Source of the DNA: an uncultured Gammaproteobacteria bacterium | Lineage (GTDB): Bacteria; Patescibacteriota; Microgenomatia; UBA10105; UBA927 | DNA: 64,000 nucleotides | Direction: 5' to 3' | Assembly (NCBI GenBank): GCA_964448085.1 | Contig: CAYUUX010000001.1 | Location: forward strand, 22,465 to 86,464 | Shown: positions 30,775 to 40,842 of the stretch, one piece after another | Position numbering within the stretch: position 1 is the first letter of the stretch | Layout of the letters: every line of letters begins with the position of its first letter | Program-made: the position numbers and the translations under genes | The notes under the pieces: generated by a model | Databases searched by the model: none | Seen by the model: only the letters and a program-made list of their open reading frames with translations | What the model was told of the DNA's origin: nothing

Positions 30775-31143
30775 TTATACGGTACTTCCCACTGCTTTTT
30801 GAAGTACCTCAAGCGGGAGCACTGCACATTTTATTCGCGACGGCGTTAAATCCGTCTGAAGCAATGTTGTTATGTCTTTTGTTGTCATCTCCATGATATC
30901 CTTTTTAGCTTTCCCCTTCACCTGATCCGTCAACAAAGAGGCGGATGCTTGACTGATCGCACAACCGACTCCTGAAAATCGGATATCGCTCACCTTCCCC
31001 GTGCTGTCTAACTGCAGCTCCATGGAAATTTTGTCCCCACATGCAGAATTAAACAGTGTACTCGTAGCGTCTGGGTTTTTGAGATGTCCGAAGTTATGCG
31101 GATGTTTATAGTGTTCCAAGATCAATTCGCGATAGATATCCAT
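30775..31143 (-). CDS. sufU: SufU/IscU-type Fe-S assembly protein
   Basis: YRELILEHY, CGD, GCAISQASAS, RIKC. Confidence 0.92.
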   Translation of the reverse strand: MDIYRELILEHYKHPHNFGHLKNPDATSTLFNSACGDKISMELQLDSTGKVSDIRFSGVGCAISQASASLLTDQVKGKAKKDIMEMTTKDITTLLQTDLTPSRIKCAVLPLEVLQKAVGSTV

Positions 31144-31156
31144 ATCGAAGAGCTAT

Positions 31157-32386
31157 TTAAGTAAACATTTTTTGCACTTTTTTGATACCGGTAATCAACG
31201 CGTCAATATCTTCTTTTGAAGTATATACATAGAATGATGCCCGACACGTTGGACCGATTTCCAAAAATTCATGCAGCGGCATGGCACAATGGTATCCAAC
31301 GCGGATGCAAATATTATCCTGATCCAGGATTTGCGCTACATCATGCGGATGCACACCTTTCACTTGAAACGACACTACCCCTCCATGGATATCAGGATCG
31401 CTTGGGCCAAACATGGCAACACCCTGCAAATGCGACATCTGCGCCAAAGCGTATGCTGTGAGTTCTTTTTCGTGATTTCGTACTGCTTCCATTCCGATAC
31501 CTTTCAGGTATGAAATTGCAGCACCCAACCCTATAGCGCCTTCCATAAAGGGAGTCCCTGCCTCAAATTTGTGCGGCAGTTCGTTAAATATCGTCTCCGT
31601 GCTATGGACCTCCCGGATCATATCGCCGCCAAAAAGAAACGGCGGCATTCTGTTTAGTAGTGACTCTTTTGCCCATAATACACCGATACCGCTTGGACCC
31701 AACATCTTATGACCAGAAAACGCAATTGCATCCACTCCCCACGTTCTGACGTCAACCGGCATGTGTGGAACCGCCTGTGCAGCATCGATAATGACAATAC
31801 ATTCGGGGGCGATTTTCTTAATACGCGTCACGATCTTAGCAACAGGTGCTATGGTGCCCAATACATTGGATACTGCCGTTAGTGTCACGATTTTTGTCCT
31901 GTCATCAACGAGTGTTTCTATATCGTCAAGATCAAGCGTTCCATCCTTACGGACATTCCACAGTTTCAATAGACCCCCGTATTTGGGAAGCAGCTGTTGC
32001 CAAGGAACGAAGTTGGAGTGATGCTCCATGATTGTTGTTACTACTGTATCGCCTTGTGTTATGAGTAAGGGAATAAGCGTATAGGCAAGAAGATTTAGGG
32101 ACTCGCTCGTGTTTTTCGTAAACACGATTTCTCTTGTGGAAAATGCGTTGATGAAAGTAGCAACAATCTCCCGAGCTTTTTCATATGCAGCCGTTGCTTC
32201 CTCCGACATGGTATAGATTCCTCGAAACACGTTCGCGGAAAATTTCTTGTAGTACTCTTCCATTTGATCTATCACTACCTGTGGTTTGAGCGACGTTGCG
32301 GTTGAATCAAGATAGATGATAGGTTTTTCCCGAATGTGCCGTTTTAAAAGCGGAAAATCCTTTTGGATATGCGAAATATCAATCAT
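31157..32386 (-). CDS. sufS: cysteine desulfurase SufS
   Basis: YLDSTAT, EHHSN, SGHKM, RVGYHCA. Confidence 0.96.
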   Translation of the reverse strand: MIDISHIQKDFPLLKRHIREKPIIYLDSTATSLKPQVVIDQMEEYYKKFSANVFRGIYTMSEEATAAYEKAREIVATFINAFSTREIVFTKNTSESLNLLAYTLIPLLITQGDTVVTTIMEHHSNFVPWQQLLPKYGGLLKLWNVRKDGTLDLDDIETLVDDRTKIVTLTAVSNVLGTIAPVAKIVTRIKKIAPECIVIIDAAQAVPHMPVDVRTWGVDAIAFSGHKMLGPSGIGVLWAKESLLNRMPPFLFGGDMIREVHSTETIFNELPHKFEAGTPFMEGAIGLGAAISYLKGIGMEAVRNHEKELTAYALAQMSHLQGVAMFGPSDPDIHGGVVSFQVKGVHPHDVAQILDQDNICIRVGYHCAMPLHEFLEIGPTCRASFYVYTSKEDIDALITGIKKVQKMFT

Positions 32387-32994
32387 ACGTGAATATATTG
32401 ATTATATATCATATCCCTTGTTTTTCGATCGGGGATACGATTCACAATATCATCAATAAATCCTTTTATACAAAGCGCTTCCGCACTCCTTTTACTCAGC
32501 CCCCTGGTTCCCAGATACCAAATCACGTCCGCAGGTATGGAACCTGTCGTGACGGCATGTGTACAACGCACGTCATTGTTGAGTATTTCCAAAACAGGTG
32601 AACTTGTCACGGTGTTCCCATCATTTCCGATCATATTTTCGTTTTTCTGATATGCATCCGAGCCGCTGGCGCATGTATCGATATAAATGTTGCCCCGAAA
32701 CACGAAGGTTGCATGTTTTGCGACAAAGGATTTTATGAGAAGATTGCTTTGTGTTTTTGGCTTTCTGTGCTGCTGACTGGTAACACAGGTTATCGTTGCG
32801 CCATCTTGAGGCAACACCAAACAATAGATGGTTGCTTTCCCTTCAGGTTCGTCCATCACCACCTGTATGTTCGCTTGAAACGATTTGGCGGAAGTAACGA
32901 GAATGGTAATAATGGCATGTTCACTTTTTCCAACCGTATACGAAAATGACGTATCCGTACTGGTTAAAATTCGTGTGATATGTCGTTCTTTCAT
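32383..32994 (-). CDS. sufD: SufD (short)
   Basis: PVLEILNNDVRCTHA, YLGTRGL. Confidence 0.85.
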   Translation of the reverse strand: MKERHITRILTSTDTSFSYTVGKSEHAIITILVTSAKSFQANIQVVMDEPEGKATIYCLVLPQDGATITCVTSQQHRKPKTQSNLLIKSFVAKHATFVFRGNIYIDTCASGSDAYQKNENMIGNDGNTVTSSPVLEILNNDVRCTHAVTTGSIPADVIWYLGTRGLSKRSAEALCIKGFIDDIVNRIPDRKTRDMIYNQYIHV

Positions 32995-32998
32995 ACTG

Positions 32999-34399
32999 TT
33001 ATCCGATAGATCCCGTCATTTGTACATCCATCAATCGATTCAATTCCACCGCATACTCCAACGGCAACTCTTTCACTATCGGTTCGATGAAACCGTTGAC
33101 CACCATGGACATCGCCTGCGACTTATCAATTCCCCGACTGGTAATATAAAAAAGCTGTTCATCTGAGACTTTCGATACCGATGCTTCATGTTCAACAACG
33201 CTTGTTGCTTCTTGCACCTCTATAGTCGGATAGGTGTCCGAACGTGACATGGAATCCAGAATTAGTGCATCACAGACAACGTTACTTCGTGCGCGCTTCA
33301 TATTCTTTGCTACGAAGACACGGCCGCGATATGACGTTCTCCCTCCACCGGAACTGATTGATTTCGAAATAATCCGCGATGAAGTCTCTGGAGCAAGATG
33401 TATTGCCTTACCTCCTGTGTCCTGTATCTGTCCGGCACCCGCATAGGCAATCGATAATACCTCCCCTCGGGCTTTTCTCCCAACAAGGTACATCGCCGGA
33501 TATTTCATTGTCACTTTGCTTCCGATATTGCCGTCTACCCATTCCATGACGCCTTCTTCTTCCACACGAGCGCGTTTTGTCACTAAGTTGTATACATTGG
33601 TGCTCCAGTTTTGCACGGTGGAATACCGAACACGCGCGCCTTTTTTCACAAACACCTCAACAACAGCACTGTGCAGGGAATCTGTCGAATAAATTGGCGC
33701 TGTACATCCTTCAATGTACTGCACAAAACTTCCTTCGTCCGCGATAATAAGGGTCCTTTCGAACTGACCCATATTTGCCGCATTGATACGGAAATATGCC
33801 TGGAGCGGTAAACCAACAGATACCCCTTTGGGTACATAGATAAACGATCCTCCTGACCACACGGCACTATTTAATGCCGCAAATTTGTTGTCTCCAGCCG
33901 GAACCAGCGTTCCAAAATACGGACGGACCAGTTCCGGATAGTTTTTCACTGCCGTATCCATGTCCGTGAAAATGACGCCTTTCTGTCGAAGCGTTTTTTC
34001 CACACTTTTGTATACCACCTCCGACTCGTACTGCGCGGATACTCCGGAAAGGTATTTTTTTTCCATCTCCGGAATACCAATTTTTTCATACGTATCTCGT
34101 ATGGCATCCGGCAATTCCTCCCACCGCTGCGCCTGTGTTTTTACCGGACGTAAATAGTAATAAAGATCATTAAATGGCAATTCTGACAATCCGGGACCCC
34201 AAGAAGGCATCGATTTTTTGTTAAAAATAGTAAAGCTTTTTAATCGGTTCTCCCTCATCCAGGCAGCTTCCGCCTTTTGTTCACTCATACTGTAAATAAC
34301 GGAAGTATCCAATCCTTTCGCAGACTTAAAAATTGCTGTCTCCGGTTTGTGAAATCCAAATGCGTATGGAGCAGGGACAAATGCTAGTATCTTACTCAT
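32999..34399 (-). CDS. sufB: Fe-S scaffold SufB
   Basis: [31 protein letters not shown]. Confidence 0.97.
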   Translation of the reverse strand: MSKILAFVPAPYAFGFHKPETAIFKSAKGLDTSVIYSMSEQKAEAAWMRENRLKSFTIFNKKSMPSWGPGLSELPFNDLYYYLRPVKTQAQRWEELPDAIRDTYEKIGIPEMEKKYLSGVSAQYESEVVYKSVEKTLRQKGVIFTDMDTAVKNYPELVRPYFGTLVPAGDNKFAALNSAVWSGGSFIYVPKGVSVGLPLQAYFRINAANMGQFERTLIIADEGSFVQYIEGCTAPIYSTDSLHSAVVEVFVKKGARVRYSTVQNWSTNVYNLVTKRARVEEEGVMEWVDGNIGSKVTMKYPAMYLVGRKARGEVLSIAYAGAGQIQDTGGKAIHLAPETSSRIISKSISSGGGRTSYRGRVFVAKNMKRARSNVVCDALILDSMSRSDTYPTIEVQEATSVVEHEASVSKVSDEQLFYITSRGIDKSQAMSMVVNGFIEPIVKELPLEYAVELNRLMDVQMTGSIG

Positions 34400-35162
34400 A
34401 GCCGTGTTTTTCAATATATCCAACGATATTTGCGCCACCGGTATGCACAATTGCCCCCTTCTTGATGACGGTGACTGTATCCGCCGGAAGATATCGTAAC
34501 AACCGTTGGTAATGCGTGATGAGTATGCATCCTGTACCTGATTTTTGAAGCTTTCTGATACCCGCAGCCACGATCTTCAGCGCGTCAACATCAAGACCTG
34601 TATCAATCTCATCAAATATTGCATACTCTGGTTGCAACATCAGTGCCTGCAACACTTCTATTTTTTTCTTTTCCCCTCCAGAAAATCCGTCGTGTATGCT
34701 TCTTTCAAGCAAATTCGGTTCTATATGAAGTAGCGCGACTATTTCATCCATTGTCTTTTGAAAATCTCCATTAGCCAAACCAGATCCCAACACCTTTGAG
34801 GAATGCGTTCGTATGCGCTTCCCTCTTGCGGCTCTTTCCTGAAAACTCGCGCGTATGATATTTTTTACAGTAACACCGGGAACTGCAACGGGTGATTGGA
34901 ATGCAAGAAATAGACCAAGCTGTGCTCTTTTGGACGTTTCCATGTGTATGATATCCTTTTTACCCAATAGCATTCTTCCTTGCGCCACATACCCCGGATG
35001 CCCCAAAATCACGTTTGCAAGCGTTGACTTTCCGCTACCGTTTGGCCCCATAATCACATGGATTTTCCCTGGAACAAAGGTTACTGATACATCGTTGAGA
35101 ATGTGTTTTCCTTCGCCGGTTAAAGCCGATACGTGGAAAAGCGTCAATGATTGTTTTTTCAT
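34392..35162 (-). CDS. sufC: Fe-S assembly ATPase SufC
   Basis: [32 protein letters not shown]. Confidence 0.96.
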   Translation of the reverse strand: MKKQSLTLFHVSALTGEGKHILNDVSVTFVPGKIHVIMGPNGSGKSTLANVILGHPGYVAQGRMLLGKKDIIHMETSKRAQLGLFLAFQSPVAVPGVTVKNIIRASFQERAARGKRIRTHSSKVLGSGLANGDFQKTMDEIVALLHIEPNLLERSIHDGFSGGEKKKIEVLQALMLQPEYAIFDEIDTGLDVDALKIVAAGIRKLQKSGTGCILITHYQRLLRYLPADTVTVIKKGAIVHTGGANIVGYIEKHGYE

Positions 35163-35569
35163 ATCTTGTACTCCTTTATGAGTTGATCAAGTGTGACATT
35201 GTTGCAATAGTTCAAAAACGTCGTTTCAATCTGCCCCCTGATGCGGTTTGGTAGACAGTTTGGATGAATCGGGCATGTCCGAGACTTGTGGAGCTGCACG
35301 TTAATAATCATTTTTTGGGATTCTAAAGCTTGCAACAGTGAAAATATCGAAATTTGATCAGCTGGTTTGGCAAGTGTGTATCCACCACCAATACCCTCTT
35401 TGCTGATCACAAGACCTGCTTGCTTGAGAAAACGCGTTACTTTTTTCAGGAATGCAAACGAGATTCCATGAGTGTTTCCAATGTCTTTCAGCGATTTCCA
35501 CCTGCCGTCTTGAGAGGCAAGTTCAGCAGCAACAAGAATGGCAACTTCTTCAGATCGGGTAAGTTTCAT
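35159..35569 (-). CDS. Rrf2-family transcriptional regulator
   Basis: wHTH with SKEGIGGGYTL wing; CPIHPNC; heads the suf operon. Confidence 0.9.
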   Translation of the reverse strand: MKLTRSEEVAILVAAELASQDGRWKSLKDIGNTHGISFAFLKKVTRFLKQAGLVISKEGIGGGYTLAKPADQISIFSLLQALESQKMIINVQLHKSRTCPIHPNCLPNRIRGQIETTFLNYCNNVTLDQLIKEYKI

Positions 35570-35596
35570 AACTGATACCGATATGGTATCAGTTAT
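35568..35596. promoter_or_regulatory. putative Rrf2 operator palindrome
   Basis: Perfect 12-bp inverted repeat ATAACTGATACC-gatat-GGTATCAGTTAT abutting the rrf2 ATG. Confidence 0.75.
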
Positions 35597-35614
35597 TGTG
35601 TAAATTGCAAGGTA

Positions 35615-36463
35615 TTACAGAGTGTCTCGTATACGATCGGTTTTTCCCATAAATACTTCGTATATCCCCTGCATACGCAGAATAAAATATTCTTCGTTGT
35701 GGAGTGGATGATTTGCGAAGTCTATAAATCTGTCCACATCGATTTTTTGTGTTTCATGACAAAGAAGCGCCTTTCCCTTTAACAGCTTTGTTTCCTTTAT
35801 ATCAATAGCAGTTGTCACAATTTTATCCTTAACACCGCTCCAAGGCTTCCCATACGACTCTTCCGGGATTACTTTTGTCTTTTTTAAGTACGATGCAACG
35901 CGATCCGGCATGCAAACATAATAGAGTTTTGGTTCCTTTTCTGTATCCGATACATCGCCAAAAGCCCGTAAATATGCGTCTTCCTTCCACATCTTTCCCC
36001 TGCCTGTTTTGATCGTACCGGGCTGTTTTAATGAATCCAAATGCCGAGCATATTTTTGGAACGCAAACGTTGTCGCATAGCATGTCTTTATGTGATCCGG
36101 ATGGTTACTAATTCCCGAAGTGTCGTAGGTAACAACAATATCAGGCATGAATTCCATCATTTTTTTTATAATTGGATCCTCAAGCGTGCCGGGTGACAAT
36201 GCCGTTAACCCACCATCCGGTTGACCCAAGAAAGTAACGTTTCGAATTCCCAATATCTTTGCGGCAGCTTCCAATTCCTTTTGCCGAAGTGCCCCAAGCG
36301 CCTCTCCTTTTGCCCATGTGAATTCACCGTTTTGTCCGGCCTCGCCGTTGGTTGCCACAACAAGATCGATTGTCCAACCAAGATTTGCGTATTTTGCTAT
36401 TGTACCGCCAACACTAAATGACTCATCGTCGGGATGCGCAAACACTAAAAGCATTGTATTCAT
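35615..36463 (-). CDS. PIG-L family deacetylase (MshB/BshB-like)
   Basis: AHPDDE, TNGEAG, HPDH motifs. Confidence 0.9.
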   Translation of the reverse strand: MNTMLLVFAHPDDESFSVGGTIAKYANLGWTIDLVVATNGEAGQNGEFTWAKGEALGALRQKELEAAAKILGIRNVTFLGQPDGGLTALSPGTLEDPIIKKMMEFMPDIVVTYDTSGISNHPDHIKTCYATTFAFQKYARHLDSLKQPGTIKTGRGKMWKEDAYLRAFGDVSDTEKEPKLYYVCMPDRVASYLKKTKVIPEESYGKPWSGVKDKIVTTAIDIKETKLLKGKALLCHETQKIDVDRFIDFANHPLHNEEYFILRMQGIYEVFMGKTDRIRDTL

Positions 36464-36477
36464 GGTACAATTCTATC
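36464..36477. promoter_or_regulatory. overlapping divergent -10 boxes for two leaderless genes
   Basis: TACAAT-N6-ATG on + and TAGAAT-N6-ATG on - within 14 bp. Confidence 0.65.
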
Positions 36478-37356
36478 ATGAATACGATCCCGATCCATGC
36501 GGCAACCGATTGGACGGAGTATGCACTTCTTGACAGCGGCGAAGGAGAAAAGCTGGAACAGTTTGCCGGGTATCGCATGATTCGTCCCGATCCGCGTGCA
36601 ATTTGGAACCGGTTACACCCTGATTTATGGAACAAAGCAGATGCGCATTTCATACGAACCGACAGTGAGCATGGTACCTGGAAAATAACCACACCCCCAC
36701 CGACACCATGGAGACTGCATTACAAAGACATGCAATTTGCTCTCCATCCGACCGATTTCAAACATGTTGGTATATTTCCCGAACAATCCACCAATTGGAA
36801 TTGGATACGCGAGCAATGCCAACACATGAAAACTCCACGAGTTTTAAATTTATTTGGCTATACCGGTGCTGCAACAGTTGCAGCAACAAAAGCAGGCGCG
36901 CATGTCACCCATGTAGACAGCTCCAAACCATCAATTACGTGGGCACACGAAAACTGTGATTTAAACAGTGTTGATCCTTCCCAAACACGGTGGATTGTAG
37001 AAGATGTAATGAAGTTTATCTCACGCGAAGAAAAACGCGGTAATTCTTATGACGGGATCATACTTGATCCGCCGCGTTTTGGGAGAGGGAATAAAGGAGA
37101 AGTATGGAAACTCGCAGAGAATCTCCCCCATCTTTTATCATCGGTTTCTCACATTCTTTCTCCAGGACCTTCGTTTGTATTGCTAAACGCATACACCGCA
37201 GACCTTTCCGTTTTGGCTCTTTATAATCTCATGTCGTCTGTATTTTTTGAAACAAAAGATACGTTCACGTTTGGCGAATTAGCGACAAAAGAGAATGGAA
37301 CGGAGCGGTTTCTTCCACAGGGAGCGTTTGTTCGATTACTCCGAAGGGCAAATTGA
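36478..37356 (+). CDS. class I SAM methyltransferase (RlmI/RlmK-like)
   Basis: VLNLFGYTG, HVDSS, ILDPPRFG. Confidence 0.88.
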   Translation: MNTIPIHAATDWTEYALLDSGEGEKLEQFAGYRMIRPDPRAIWNRLHPDLWNKADAHFIRTDSEHGTWKITTPPPTPWRLHYKDMQFALHPTDFKHVGIFPEQSTNWNWIREQCQHMKTPRVLNLFGYTGAATVAATKAGAHVTHVDSSKPSITWAHENCDLNSVDPSQTRWIVEDVMKFISREEKRGNSYDGIILDPPRFGRGNKGEVWKLAENLPHLLSSVSHILSPGPSFVLLNAYTADLSVLALYNLMSSVFFETKDTFTFGELATKENGTERFLPQGAFVRLLRRAN

Positions 37357-37376
37357 GTAAAGATTCCAAAGAAACA

Positions 37377-37787
37377 TTAGAGCCATTTCTGAGCAAAGTA
37401 CGTGATGGTCATACCTGACAGCGCGCCTAGAAGTGGACCCCAAATAACCTCAAGGATTGTAATTTCTAACCCCCAATTATTGATCAGTGCGTAATTTACC
37501 AATCCGTACACAGTGATCCCCAATATTCCACATGCGGCACCAATCAACGCGCCTTCTGTAATTTTGGGATGTCCACCGGTTTTATAGAGCACCAAAAACA
37601 TCGTTACTGCGACTACCAATATTTGGGAAAGAAGACCGGGTAGACCCTGAAGCGCCAGCTTGCCGTTTTCCATACGGGCAACGGGGGCAAACCACGCACT
37701 GTATTGTTTTCCAAAAATTACCAAATGCCAGAACGCATCAATTGCGCTTGTTATCAGAAAGGACAGAAAATACACGAGAAAAATCAT
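37377..37787 (-). CDS. DUF2177-like integral membrane protein
   Basis: IDAFW, YGLVNYA..NW, EVIWG; four TMs; GGAGG SD. Confidence 0.7.
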   Translation of the reverse strand: MIFLVYFLSFLITSAIDAFWHLVIFGKQYSAWFAPVARMENGKLALQGLPGLLSQILVVAVTMFLVLYKTGGHPKITEGALIGAACGILGITVYGLVNYALINNWGLEITILEVIWGPLLGALSGMTITYFAQKWL

Positions 37788-37851
37788 AGTATTCCCTCCT
37801 TAACCTCATGGAGTATACCATACTCGCCCATTCTTGCTATACTTTGTGTGC

Positions 37852-38250
37852 ATGGACATGTCCTTTCTTCGTACAGCAAAAACTATCGCTGTTATCGGTC
37901 TTTCCGATATACAAGACAGACCAAGTTATCGGGTTGCTTCATACCTGCAACAGCATGGGTACAGGATTATTCCCGTCAACCCACATGTACGTTTTGTGTT
38001 GCACGAACCAAGTTTCCCTTCCATACAGGCAATACCAACCAACATACCAATTGATATCGTCGATATATTTAGAAAATCGGAATTTGTTCCCGACATCGTA
38101 AGATCGCTGTTACATCGCCAGGAAAAACCAATCATATGGATGCAGGAAGGCGTTGTATCCGATGAAGCAAAAAGACTTGCTGAATCCAACAATCTTCCTG
38201 TTGTTATGAACCTCTGTATCATGAAGGAACATCAGAAACTCGATCCATAA
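37852..38250 (+). CDS. CoA-binding domain protein (YccU-like)
   Basis: IAVIGLS..RPS, IIPVNP, DIVDIFR, WMQEG. Confidence 0.9.
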   Translation: MDMSFLRTAKTIAVIGLSDIQDRPSYRVASYLQQHGYRIIPVNPHVRFVLHEPSFPSIQAIPTNIPIDIVDIFRKSEFVPDIVRSLLHRQEKPIIWMQEGVVSDEAKRLAESNNLPVVMNLCIMKEHQKLDP

Positions 38251-39301
38251 ATTTTGTGAGCACCTTCGTGTATTGTTTTACAGAGACGATATCTATCCAT
38301 TCCCTGTCTGTATGAATATCACCCCCTTTTGGTTTACTGACGATTGCGGGTATTCCAACCGCAGAAAAAAACCGCGCGTCCGACGCTCCGTATTCGGATG
38401 TGTATATTCGACTTACCCGAGCAATACTGCGCACCTCTTGTTCCCATAGGCGTACATACGAATTATTTCTGTCCGTTTTATATATGCTCGCATTTGACAA
38501 AATGGTAACGTTGGATACTCCAAATACCTGTTCCACACGTTTTTTGATGTCTTCCGGAACAATCCCAGGGGGGTAGCGAAAATCCAAACGAGCAATTGCG
38601 CTGGATGCTACCTGGTTTGTCTGTAGTCCCCCTTGAATCACGCCAATGGTCAAGGTTGTGTTCCATGTCTCCTTTGTGGATTCTGGATAATACTCACGAA
38701 GACGCAACAATTTTCTAAGGAGAATGTCGTTTGCACTAATCCCATCCCATGGTCGAGAACCATGACACGATTTCCCCCGTACGCAAACCTCCACATGCAG
38801 CGCACCTTTCGCTTGTTCAACAATTTTCCAATTATCGCCACCGTCGGGACACACGATAATTTTTGCACGATAACCAACGGTATTTACCAAATACCCAACC
38901 CCGTTTTTTCCTCCAATTTCTTCATCGCCGGTCAGCATGATAGCAACAGAGGGCAATTTTTTATTTTTCTTCCACAGCGTCCGTAACGATTCGTTAAAAA
39001 CGGGAATTGCGTATTTCATATCAGATACGCCCCTCCCCAACCAACGACCCCTCTTTGTTTTCAAGGTAAATAGTTGTTGGCATCCTGGTACGACATCGAT
39101 GTGTGCGCTCAGGATTATGTCGCTTACAACACCGGGCTCTGTTGACCAAACAACCGAACGCACATCGTTGTGCATATACTTTCGCACTTTAAACGGATAC
39201 CAAGACAACACCTTCGCTATAAAGCCATAACATGCAACTATAGCTTTGTCGTTTCCCTGTATTGTTGTATAACCGATAAGTTTTTTTAGTGCTTCTTCCA
39301 T
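38219..39301 (-). CDS. M20 family metallopeptidase (DapE/ArgE-like deacylase)
   Basis: AHIDVV, GRGVSDMK, DEEIGG, HGSRPW, GASDAR, IHTDRE. Confidence 0.9.
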   Translation of the reverse strand: MEEALKKLIGYTTIQGNDKAIVACYGFIAKVLSWYPFKVRKYMHNDVRSVVWSTEPGVVSDIILSAHIDVVPGCQQLFTLKTKRGRWLGRGVSDMKYAIPVFNESLRTLWKKNKKLPSVAIMLTGDEEIGGKNGVGYLVNTVGYRAKIIVCPDGGDNWKIVEQAKGALHVEVCVRGKSCHGSRPWDGISANDILLRKLLRLREYYPESTKETWNTTLTIGVIQGGLQTNQVASSAIARLDFRYPPGIVPEDIKKRVEQVFGVSNVTILSNASIYKTDRNNSYVRLWEQEVRSIARVSRIYTSEYGASDARFFSAVGIPAIVSKPKGGDIHTDREWIDIVSVKQYTKVLTKFMDRVSDVPS

Positions 39302-40404
39302 ATTGGTACCTCCAATTGCTTCACGGTACATTTTTTGATAAATTCCTCGTCCACTTCGTATCCCAGCCCCGGAATTTCGGATACTCGCGCCTCTCCCTCA
39401 ACGAGTTTAATCCCATTTGCAACGACATCTTTATCGAAATAGACCTCTGACGGAGACATATCAGCAGGCAAAGAAAACTCTGAAAGTGAGGCGGCTGCCA
39501 TGTTGTATGCTTTCCCGATTCCGCTTTCGATCATTCCTCCGCACCACAACGGAATATGTGCTTTTTTTGCAAGTTCATTAATGTCCCGTGTTTCGAGCAA
39601 GCTCCCGATTCTTCCCGGCTTAATATTAATGATTCTACATGCTCCAATCTCTATTGCCTGCCTCGCTTTCTCAAGACTCGTGATGCTTTCATCAAGGCAT
39701 ATCGGCGTAGCGATCTGTTTTTGCAGCTTCGCATGATCGATGATGTCATCAAATCCCAATGGTTGCTCAATCATCAAAAGATGATATGCATCCAACTTCT
39801 GCAATACCTTCAGATCTTTGAGCGTATATGATGAGTTCGCATCAACCATAAGGACAATATCCGGAAACGCACTTCGTATTCCGTCCACCAGCTCTATGTC
39901 CCAACCGGGTTTTATTTTTACTTTTATCCGCTTATATCCTTCTTCCAATCGTTTTTCCACGACTTCAAGGGTACGTTCCAAATTCGGCTGGATTCCAATA
40001 CTATCGCCAACTTCAATTTTTTTCCGCGTTCCACCCAGAAGCGTTGCCAAAGATATATGCTTTTCTTGCGAATCTATGGACCAAAGCGCGCATTCGACGC
40101 CGAATTTCGCGATTTTATGCTCGCGAATATATGCGGTTTTCGCAACATAGTCTGTAACGCTCGTTTCTTCGCTTCGCAACGCCGGGAGCAAAAAATCCCG
40201 CATGACGTGCCAGCATGTTTCAATCGTTTCCGATAGATACACCGGTGCTGTGAGTGCTGCCGATTCACCGTATCCGATGATATGATCGCTTGTTGTTAAT
40301 TTAACAAGCACGGTATCGCGCGACGGTATTGTACCGAAGCCTGTTACAAACGGTTCTTTCATCGGTATGTGTATGTGTAATAATTCTGCTTTTTCTATAT
40401 TCAT
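39286..40404 (-). CDS. menC: enolase-superfamily NSAR/OSBS (N-succinylamino acid racemase / o-succinylbenzoate synthase)
   Basis: KRIKVKIKP, DANSSY, EQP, LDES, NIKPGR, WCGGMIES. Confidence 0.88.
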   Translation of the reverse strand: MNIEKAELLHIHIPMKEPFVTGFGTIPSRDTVLVKLTTSDHIIGYGESAALTAPVYLSETIETCWHVMRDFLLPALRSEETSVTDYVAKTAYIREHKIAKFGVECALWSIDSQEKHISLATLLGGTRKKIEVGDSIGIQPNLERTLEVVEKRLEEGYKRIKVKIKPGWDIELVDGIRSAFPDIVLMVDANSSYTLKDLKVLQKLDAYHLLMIEQPLGFDDIIDHAKLQKQIATPICLDESITSLEKARQAIEIGACRIINIKPGRIGSLLETRDINELAKKAHIPLWCGGMIESGIGKAYNMAAASLSEFSLPADMSPSEVYFDKDVVANGIKLVEGEARVSEIPGLGYEVDEEFIKKCTVKQLEVPIWKKH

Positions 40405-40412
40405 ATTCCTCC

Positions 40413-40682
40413 TTAAGAACCAGTCCATTCTGACGGACGATACCAATCATTCGGATCATCTCCGCCAATCTGTCTTTTCCCTAATCCATGACACATGTCA
40501 CACTCGCCCGTGTATTTATATAATCCGAAGCCGTGACATACATTGCAGTCACTTTTACAGAGATAATTTCCGTTCATGTTCATACTATGAGGACACGGTA
40601 CGTATTCATCATCAAAATACCCATATCCTTGACAGACTTCGCACGTCTCCCAATGATAATTCTGATAATTCTCTTTACTCAT
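40413..40682 (-). CDS. small stand-alone DnaJ-type zinc-finger protein
   Basis: Three CxxCxGxG motifs plus CPH...C; AAGGAG SD; 8-bp gap to the NSAR gene. Confidence 0.7.
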   Translation of the reverse strand: MSKENYQNYHWETCEVCQGYGYFDDEYVPCPHSMNMNGNYLCKSDCNVCHGFGLYKYTGECDMCHGLGKRQIGGDDPNDWYRPSEWTGS

Positions 40683-40714
40683 ATTGCTCCTTTTAAAAAT
40701 GTGTTTTATACCAT

Positions 40715-40745
40715 AAAAAAGCCCTCCTTACGGAGGGTTTTCGTG
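40715..40745 (-). terminator. leader (attenuator) terminator
   Basis: CCCTCC-GTAA-GGAGGG followed by CTTTTTT, between the promoter and the first gene. Confidence 0.85.
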
Positions 40746-40764
40746 AAGCTATGTATGGTTTTAC

Positions 40765-40833
40765 TTAGGCACGCAAAAGTCCCCCCGTCTGAACGGGCAT
40801 CATAAAGTATTTATGAAAGGACTTTTGCACCAT
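40765..40833 (-). CDS. putative attenuation leader peptide MVQKSFHKYFMMPVQTGGLLRA
   Basis: 22-codon ORF starting 9 nt after the -10 box and overlapping the alternative hairpins. Confidence 0.55.
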   Translation of the reverse strand: MVQKSFHKYFMMPVQTGGLLRA

Positions 40834-40842
40834 ATGAGAGAC

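Noticed and set aside
39286-40404. Evidence for menaquinone biosynthesis
   Set aside because: No other men gene is nearby, and the link to an M20 deacylase favours racemase function; not excluded genome-wide
40413-40682. Cys-rich ORF as a RiPP precursor
   Set aside because: Regular CxxCxGxG spacing fits a DnaJ-type zinc finger, and no radical SAM, YcaO, lanthipeptide synthetase or dedicated exporter is adjacent
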